Source: Octopus sinensis
Taxonomy: Eukaryota
Assembly (NCBI RefSeq): GCF_006345805.1
Contig: NW_021825389.1
Coordinates: forward strand, 1 to 15,991
Reading direction: 5' to 3'
Length of the DNA stretch: 15,991 nt
Every line of letters starts with the position of its first letter. The stretch's first letter is position 1. Made by a program: the position numbers and the translations under genes. Below the pieces are notes generated by a model. It was not told the origin of the DNA and ran no database searches. It saw only the letters and a program-made list of their open reading frames with translations. Below, in pieces: positions 9,065-15,991 of this stretch.

Positions 9065-9475
9065 GCTATAAACATCTGCTCAGGGATCCGCCGATCATTC
9101 ATCAAAACAAGGTATCCAGTATAACAGGACGTTTGCTCTTCTGAAATGTTACGACAAATGCAAACATTGCGTCTAATTCAACAATGTGCTTGTGGACTAA
9201 AAACATGGGGAGCAACTTGTGTACATTCGCCATCGGCAACTGTGTACGCTCTTTAACTATCCCGAACGAACACACTGCCACAAAGCCTGTTGAATCATTA
9301 AAAGATTTAAAGCAAACAGCAGAGATGAACCTGCACATTAGACATACATGATATGGTTCCAGGTTTCCAGAGAAAACTAGAAGAAAAAGGGAGAAAGAAA
9401 CCTAAACAAAATGTGAAAAACAAGTCTTTGACCATATAGACCAAACTCTTCTAGTTGCTGTTCAGAAGGAAGCTT
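9065..9475 (-). pseudogene. Decayed RTE/BovB-type LINE ORF2 fragment (region C-terminal to reverse transcriptase)
   Basis: Across frameshifts and stops the minus strand gives, in order, TRRVWS (9455-9438), LETW (9370-9359), QVHLCCL (9333-9313) and TGYLVLMNDRRIPEQMFI (9120-9067). These resemble the recalled RTE motifs KRVW, YGSETW, FHLRCL and WAGHVxRMxDxRIPKQ. The last spacer is longer than expected. Confidence 0.55.
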
Positions 9476-9878
9476 AAAAAACAAAAACAAAAAGAGCTAT
9501 CACCACCATCACCATCACCACCACCATCGTCATATCGTTTGTATGAAGCGTGACCCAGTTTTGAAGTTTTTTTTTTACCCTTGCTTCTCCCCACCACCAC
9601 CCCATTTCGTCACCCGGATGAAACCACTTGACTTTATTTTCAATTGGTAAAAGAGGCTCTTGGGAAATGGATGAATGTCAAAACAACGCGTTTCCTATTT
9701 ACATACACACCACACAACACATCTCTTCACCTGCTCCGCTTTTTCAGTAATCCTTTTAAATCGTTTATCACGATTTCAGATAATCTCAGATAAATATGAA
9801 CTTACAGTGTATGTATGCATGTATGTATACCCCCGCCATAAACACATACATACATATACACATATATATATATATATA

Positions 9879-10033
9879 TGACGGGCTTCTTTCAGTTTCT
9901 GTCTACCAAATCCACTCACAAGGCCTTTGGTCGGCCCGAGGCTATAGCAAAAGACACTTGCCCAAGGTGCCACGCAGTGGGACTGAACACGGAGCCATGT
10001 GGTTTGGTAAGCAAGCTACTTACCACACAGCCA
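9879..10033 (-). mobile_element. Family-A SINE, 5' half
   Basis: Reverse complement tggctgtgtggtaagtagcttgcttaccaaacc..gttcagtcccactgcgtggcaccttgggcaagtgtctt..gaaactgaaagaagcccgtc is closely similar to 10477-10628. Confidence 0.93.
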
Positions 10034-10466
10034 TATATATATATTTATATTATATATTCCACACGACTACTACTACTACCACTACTACTTACTGGTGCTA
10101 CTACTACACACAACAATGGGTAGAGGCGTACTTTAATATCCGATATTATTGAAACACAAATAAATAAAAATAAAAAGGACACGCTAATCTCGCATTGAAG
10201 AAGAGAAACTGACAGCGGAAAAAAAATGGAAGTAGAAAACGTAAAATCAGAATTATTGGAAAGAGAAACAGGTTTTATTTACTCTCTCTCTCTCTCTCTC
10301 TCTCTGCTTTTGTGTCTGTCTTTATTTCTCTTACCCTACCCCCACCTCTCTCTCTCTCGCACGCTCGCAGGCGTCATGCATGAAATGTTAATCTGTGACA
10401 CTTGACACGACATACATTTCATAAAGATGAACTAAATCTGTGTGCAATATGTAAGATATGCACATA

Positions 10467-10870
10467 GGCGTAGGAGTGACTGTGTGGTAAGTAGCCTGCT
10501 TACCAGCCACATGGTTCAGGGTTCAGTCCCACTGCGTGGCACCTTGGACAAGTGTCTTCTGCTATAGCCTCGGGCCGACCAAAGCCTTGTAAGTGGATTT
10601 AGTAGACGGAAACTGAAAGAAACCCGTCGTAAATATGTATATATGTGTGTGCGTGTGTGTATGTTTGTGTGTTCGTTCCCTCCCCAACATCGCTTGACAA
10701 CCGAAGCTGGTGTGTTTACGTCCCCGTAACATAGCGGTTCGGCAAAAGGGACCGATAGAATAAGTACTTGGCTTACAAAAAATAAGTCCTGGGGTCGATT
10801 TGCTCGACTAAAGGCGATGCTCCAGCATGGCCACAGTCACATGACTGAAACAAGTAAAAGACAGTAAGAG
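10467..10870 (+). mobile_element. Apparently full-length family-A tRNA-derived SINE (~400 bp)
   Basis: Head ggcgtaggagtgactgtgtggtaag (A box), GGTTCAGTCCC at 10520-10530 (B box), internal (TA)/(TG) tract, tail ccagcatggccacagtcacatgactgaaacaagtaaaag; several homologues in this window. Confidence 0.93.
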
Positions 10871-11183
10871 CAACTTTGCCTTTATTCCATTCGGGGTCGA
10901 TAAATTAAGTACCAGTTACGCACTGGGGTCGATGTAATCGACTTAATCCGTTTGTCTGTCCTTGTTTGTCCCGTCCCTTCTGTGTTTAGCCCCTTGTGGG
11001 TAGTAAAGAAATAGGTATTTCGCCCGTCGCTGCGTTCAGAGTTCAAATTCCACCGAAGTCGACTTTGCCTTTATTCCTTGCGGGGTCGATGAATAAAGTA
11101 CCAGTTGAGAACTGGGGTCGATCTAATCGACTAGCCCCCCCCCCCCAACAATTCCAGGTCTTGTGCCTATGATAGAAAGGATT
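10871..11183 (+). mobile_element. Headless dimeric family-B SINE
   Basis: Two tandem cores, actttgcctttattcc..ggggtcgat..aagtaccagtt..actggggtcgat.taatcgact (about 10873-10943 and 11062-11132), joined by a linker; ends tagaaaggatt. Confidence 0.9.
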
Positions 11184-11531
11184 ACTTATTTATGAATACT
11201 TATTCGATTCTATATAGGTATTTTTCCTGGACTATAAAAAAACTGCAGCTTCTGGCTTTTAAACGATACACATACATTATGTTATACAAAGATTTTAATA
11301 ATTATATATTGCTAACGAAGGAGAGTAGGTTATATGACCTAATTACGTACGCAGAAGTAGGGCAAAGCAAAAAAAAAAAAAATGTAAATTTATCACATTC
11401 ACTACTTTTTTTCTCTTTCATTCATTAATGTAAAATATACTTAAATGAAATCCGGAAAAAGCCGGAGAATTTCCGTTCTCTCAATGACGTAACAAGCATT
11501 ATTGAAGACACTGAATTACATATAAGGGACT

Positions 11532-11583
<52 letters not shown>

Positions 11584-11605
11584 TAATAATAACAACAACA
11601 ATAAT

Positions 11606-11822
11606 AATCCCTTCTACTATAGGCACAAGGCCTGAAATTTGGTGAGAGGAGACTCGACGATTACATCGAACCCCCTTCTCCTCCAGTGTTTAATTTATCA
11701 ACCCCGAAAAGGATGAAAGGCAAAGTCGACATCGGTGGAATTTGAACTCAGAACGAAACAACGGCGAAATACCGCTAAGCATTCCGTTCAGCGTGCTAAC
11801 GATTCTACCAGCTCACCGCCTT
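11606..11822 (-). mobile_element. Full-length family-B SINE monomer inside an (AAT)n tract
   Basis: Reverse complement starts aaggcggtgagctggtagaatcgttagcacg and ends ggccttgtgcctatagtagaagggatt; (AAT)n/(AAC)n at about 11534-11608 and 11824-11876. Confidence 0.92.
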
Positions 11823-11831
11823 GATAATAAC

Positions 11832-11877
<46 letters not shown>

Positions 11878-11900
11878 TATGTCGTTCTTCTATAGGCACA

Positions 11901-12110
11901 CCTGGGCCCCACCTGCAAGGTCATGCGCTGTTTATCTTGATATGAGATTACCATTTTGCACACATATGGTTGTGATGCATGTACCTGGTGTACCCTTACC
12001 AGACGGGTAGTCATGATGGATATACTGGGCTTGGTATATTTGTACCTCAGTGTCACTTTGATGGTATGCACTGCTCTCTCACTCAACAACAACAACAACA
12101 ACAATAATAA
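11901..12110 (+). mobile_element. Family-C retroposon 3' fragment with a (CAA)n(TAA)n tail
   Basis: Complex ~185-bp segment ending ctctctcact followed by (CAA)n(TAA)n; it interrupts a family-B copy. Single copy in this window, so repeat status rests on structure and recall. Confidence 0.65.
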
Positions 12111-12122
12111 TTATGATATTTC

Positions 12123-12273
12123 AAAATTTTGCGAGTCGATTACATCGACACCAGTACTCAACTGGTACTCAATTTAACTGTCCCGGGGTGGATGAAAGGT
12201 AAAGTCGACCTCGGCGGAATTTGAACTCCGAACGTAGGGGCGGACGAAATACCGACCCCGAAAGGATAAAAAG
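12123..12273 (-). mobile_element. Family-B SINE body; its terminal piece lies at 11885-11900
   Basis: agtcgattacatcgac..actggtact..ggatgaaaggtaaagtcgacctcggcggaatttgaactc..gaaataccg, then a second partial core gaccccgaaaggat at 12254-12267. Confidence 0.88.
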
Positions 12274-13076
12274 TTAAAATGAAATCTAGTTACATTTTTA
12301 TAATAATAGAAACGCGATGTGGGGTATGATGATGACGATGATGACAACGACGACGATGATGATGATGATGATTACTTACAGTGAAGAGTAGTAGTAGGAG
12401 GATATAGGTTTAACTACGTTGTTATATATCCCTAAATGATTTCTCGTTTGAACTAGTTATCTTGAGACCAAAGAACAGGTCAATGAAAGCGCTCAGTGAA
12501 AGAGAGAGAGAGGTGGAGTTTCCTCCGATATCGGAAGATACAACTTTACAGTTAAAACACGTCATAGCATAAATCAAACAGCGAACTAATTAATTAATTA
12601 ACAAATCCCAAATATCAACATTTTGATTTTTTTTTTCTCTTCTTCAGTTTTGTTTTCGTTTATTATACAATTATGGTTTCTTTATAGAATCCTAATATTC
12701 GCCAAACTTTAGTTTCTCTGTGTTTAGCAAAGATTCAGGGGGTGACTGACTTCTTTACTGTCACTTTCTTAAACTTATAATTAATATCACTTATCGTGAA
12801 CGAAAATTAACCACGGATGGCAAATTGGAAACCGAGTTGGGAAACTAATCCAAGAACATGAGTTACTAACTAATCTAATCTTAATCTGTTGAATTTGACT
12901 TGGGTGTGAGTTCAACAAAATGTTTCATCTAGGGCCGCTTTAATTTGTTGTCCCCCAAACAGAATCGTTTGTAATCTGAGATTTTATGGACTCTATAAAA
13001 TTATTGAAGCCAAAACAATTAAGGGGCTATCAGGCAAAATATATATTTGAGTTATTTAGTTGTACCCTTCCAACCC

Positions 13077-13152
13077 GTTTACGTTCTGAGTTCAAATTTC
13101 GCAAGTAATCACCCATGGCCTTTCAGGCCCCCAAAAGTCGATAAAGTTAAGC
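13077..13152 (+). mobile_element. Short degenerate family-B fragment
   Basis: tttacgttctgagttcaaattt..gcctttca..gtcgataaagttaag follows the family-B motif order. Confidence 0.6.
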
Positions 13153-13333
13153 AGGCTCAACTCTAGTATTAACAAAAGAAATCATTCAAATCTCTACTAC
13201 ACAGGCCAAAAATGTTTACAAGCAAGGTTTTAGTTTTTAATTTATTTTTGTTCTCTGTTAAGTAACCCAACTTTGATCCACTATTTTTCAGTTGACTTTT
13301 TATCCAGTTTTCTAAACCTGAGAAAAGTAAGTA

Positions 13334-13420
13334 GGGGTGCAAATTTTTCCTTTCGCCCCCCCCACAAAAATTCTAGGAGGTGCACTTGCAACCCCCGCAG
13401 CCCCAGTTCTCGGACCCATG
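13334..13420. mobile_element. Possible hAT-like DNA transposon terminus
   Basis: C-rich subterminal pattern ggtgcacttgcaacccccgcagccccagttctcggacccatg; the reverse complement begins CATGGG. No partner end or TSD found. Confidence 0.3.
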
Positions 13421-13421
13421 A

Positions 13422-13510
13422 CACAGGCATAGCCGTGTAGATAAAAAAAAACTCGCTTTGCAGTCACACGGTTTCGCGCAGCACCTTGGGCAAGTGTTTC
13501 TCCGTTATAG
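13422..13510 (+). mobile_element. Degenerate family-A head fragment
   Basis: caggcatagccgtgtag..gcagcaccttgggcaagtgttt..tatag aligns with 10470-10567. Confidence 0.65.
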
Positions 13511-13589
13511 AGAGCTCCGACACGATTATATTAAATATATTTTATTGTTACTCGAGTCTGTATAGGGATTTTTCTTGGACTAAAATCTT

Positions 13590-13965
13590 AGTTTCGGGTT
13601 CATTTCCTTCACTGCCCGTAGCGCCTCGGGCATGTGTTTTCTACAACAATAGACCAGGGCCGACCAATACCTCGTGAGTAAAGTTAGTAGACGGAAACTA
13701 TATGTATGCATATGTGTGTCTTTGCGCCTGCGTTTGCCACTCCATCCATTGCTAGACAACTGAGATTGGTTTGCTTACGCCCAGGTAACTTAGCGGTTCG
13801 ACAAAAAAGCCCGACAGAGTAAGTACCACACTTTAAAAAAAAATCAACAAAACAAAAAGGGTACAAGGGGCGATCTTTTCGGCTAAAAGAAGGAAAAAAA
13901 GAAAAGAAACCCATCTAAGGCTCTCCAGCAGCACGGCCCGCATTCCAAAGACTGAAGCAAAAACA
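13590..13965 (+). mobile_element. Old, 5'-truncated family-A SINE
   Basis: gggttca..gggccgaccaa..tagtagacggaaact..gtaacttagcggttcgacaaaa..ccgacagagtaagtac..cagcacggcc..gactgaagcaa collinear with 10515-10860. Confidence 0.8.
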
Positions 13966-14543
13966 AAAAATAAAAAAATAAAGACATCCTGATAATAAAA
14001 ATTACGCATTTCGCCATATCGATTACACACCCCGATACATCGACAACACAAACGTAGCTAATTAAGACCAACACATGTTGCATCGGCTATACACGTAATT
14101 AAATTGATTACATTCATTTACGACTCCACATTTTGACGTACAGTGATACCACGCAGTACAAGTTTAATTCGCTTTATGACCAACCTCTCCTTACGATTTA
14201 CTCGTTTTACAAATCGATTCTCACCATTGAGATACACTAAAATATAATTAATCCGTTCCAGTCCCCCCCACTACAAAAATCACTCAAAAATAATTTTTTA
14301 TGGGTTTTAGAACATAGGTGTAGTTTACAATGTCTTATTAACTGAATTACCTTGAAGATGGGACGATTTGTGTGCTCGTAGTGCGGATTTTCGCTCGTAC
14401 TTCGAGACAATAAAATCGCACGAGTCTCGGCTTGTACAGCAAATTACTCGTACAATGGGGCACTCGTACTGCGAGGTTCTACTGTATTGGATTATGATCG
14501 GCCAACACGGACCAACAAAGCGTACACAAAGCTTGGTACACGA

Positions 14544-14909
14544 GTGGTAACAAGATTGCTTCTCAACCCCATAGTTCTGGGTTCAGTCGCACGTGTCTGC
14601 TATACAATAAATAAGCACCGGGCCGACCAAAGCTTTGCAACGGAGTGGATTAGGTAGACGAAAATTAACTCACAAGCTCGTCGTATAATTTATATTTGTG
14701 TGTGTGATTTTGTTTGTCCTCCTCCCCCACTAGCGCTTGACAACCGTTGTTGGTGTGTTTATGTCCCTGTGAATTAGCAGTTCGGCCAAAAAAAGGCCAA
14801 TAGAATTATCGAGCTTAGTTTTAAAAATAAGTACTGGAGCCGATTCATTCGACTAAAGATTCTTCTGGGCGGTGCCCCAGCATGGCCATAGTCTAATGAC
14901 AAACAAGTA
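14544..14909 (+). mobile_element. Diverged family-A SINE
   Basis: gtggtaa..gggttcagtc..cgggccgaccaaagc..gagtggatt..cgcttgacaaccg..ggtgtgttta..ttcgactaaag..ggcggtgccccagcatggccatagtctaatgacaaacaagta. Confidence 0.88.
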
Positions 14910-14956
14910 TACGTATCTACACACACATATATATACATATACATACATATGCATAT

Positions 14957-15095
14957 GTGGTTGGCGATAGGAAGGGCATCCGTAGAAACTTCGACAGATC
15001 AGATTGAGTCTGATGCAGCATCTGGCTCGCCAGTCCTCAATCAAACTGCCCAACCCATGCTGCAGCATGGAAAGCGGACGTTAAGCGATGATGAT
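14957..15095 (+). mobile_element. Family-D short retroposon, 3' part with (GAT)n tail
   Basis: gtggttggcgataggaagggcatccgtagaaact..caacccatgctgcagcatggaaagcggacgttaagcgatgatgat; homologous to 4648-4776. Confidence 0.85.
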
Positions 15096-15099
15096 ATGA

Positions 15100-15229
15100 T
15101 TATACACATACATACTTATATATATGCACATATAATACAGACGCATATATATATAGATATATATATATATATTATACACTCAAATATATATATATTATTA
15201 TACACTCAAATATATATATATATTATACT

Positions 15230-15268
<39 letters not shown>

Positions 15269-15492
15269 ATATATATATTATATATATATACATATACACA
15301 CACACATATATATACACATACATATATATATATGCACACATACATACATATATATATATATATGCACACATACATACACATATATATATATATGAACACA
15401 TACATACACACATATATATATGAACACATACATACACACACACACATATATATATATATATTATACACATACACACACATACTCTCTCTCTC
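15100..15492. repeat. (TA)n/(CA)n tract containing higher-order ~25-bp and ~30-bp units
   Basis: attata(ca)ctcaaa(ta)n at 15171, 15197 and 15222; tatg(c/a)acacatacatac..(ta)n at 15331, 15361, 15391 and 15419. Confidence 0.92.
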
Positions 15493-15991
15493 TTTCTACG
15501 CAAGGCAATCAATCGAACCTCACACAAGGTTTATATTCGACTACGCTCCATCGTATACCGAATACCTAAACCTAAGTGAATCGACTGCACACCTAGACCT
15601 AGCTCTATAATAATAATACACAGCATCGAAAAGGTCCTAAACCATTCTCTCTCTCTCTCTCTTACTCTCTTACTATGTAAGAACCCATCATTTTTACGAA
15701 AAGCGGTATTTAGGTCAGTAGCATATCACAGTTACTTCTCTCTACCGTGGCAGACACCAACAGAGAAGCTAGGAGAGAGACAGAGAGAGAGATAGTTGGT
15801 GGGGGGATAAAGTAAAGACACACATACACATACACACACAATGATAGCATCAAATATATACATCACAACGGTTCTGACACACACAATCCTTGCCACACAG
15901 CTATTTATATGTATTGTCTATTCTTAATCACGCAGCCTATCTTTTTACGCTCATTTAATTAAATTTTCTTTCTCGTCTCATTCTTAAAATT

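Noticed and set aside
9102-9338. 78-aa complex-looking minus-strand ORF
   Set aside because: Better explained as an off-frame reading of the decayed LINE; the LINE-like motifs lie in other frames.
10467-10545. tRNA gene
   Set aside because: A and B boxes are present, but the sequence runs on into a SINE body repeated several times in the window; I see no convincing cloverleaf or T-run terminator.
12930-12958. tagggccgctttaa as the partner terminus for the hAT-like end at 13420
   Set aside because: It is not the inverted complement of the 13420 end, and there is no 8-bp TSD.
1207-15610. Dozens of 60-160 aa ORFs rich in YI, CV, HT, N, W or M runs
   Set aside because: They are translations of stop-free microsatellites and SINEs; many start at non-ATG codons and none shows a recognisable domain.

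Overview
AT-rich, microsatellite-dense eukaryotic non-coding DNA, probably intronic or intergenic. The repeat families look, from memory, like those of octopod (Octopus-type) genomes; this is an inference and needs a search to confirm. I find no credible intact protein-coding gene: nearly all supplied ORFs are translations of (TA)n, (CA)n, (CAC/CAT)n or (AAT)n tracts or of SINEs. The window holds many copies of at least four short retroposon families, labelled here A, B, C and D. A is a tRNA-headed SINE with a ...CAGCATGGCC..TGACTGAAACAAGTAAAAGA tail. B is a tRNA-like monomer/dimer SINE ending AGAAAGGATT. C is a 3' fragment with a (CAA/TAA)n tail. D is an element with a (GAT)n tail. There is also a decayed RTE/BovB-type LINE ORF2 fragment on the minus strand (about 9065-9475) and a probable Penelope pseudo-LTR fragment (about 1535-1717). 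Most interesting: (1) a minimal hammerhead-ribozyme-like motif on the minus strand at 1625-1655 with a CCGACGA core variant; (2) a near-perfect inverted repeat with a ~60-bp stem abutting that fragment (1718-1881); (3) a ~75-bp direct repeat flanking a family-D insertion, like a very long target-site duplication; (4) a family-B SINE whose head and body lie ~5.9 kb apart with nearly complementary breakpoints, each joined to a family-A tail; (5) several closely spaced inverted SINE pairs that could be A-to-I editing substrates. I cannot support a claim of a new multi-gene system from this sequence.
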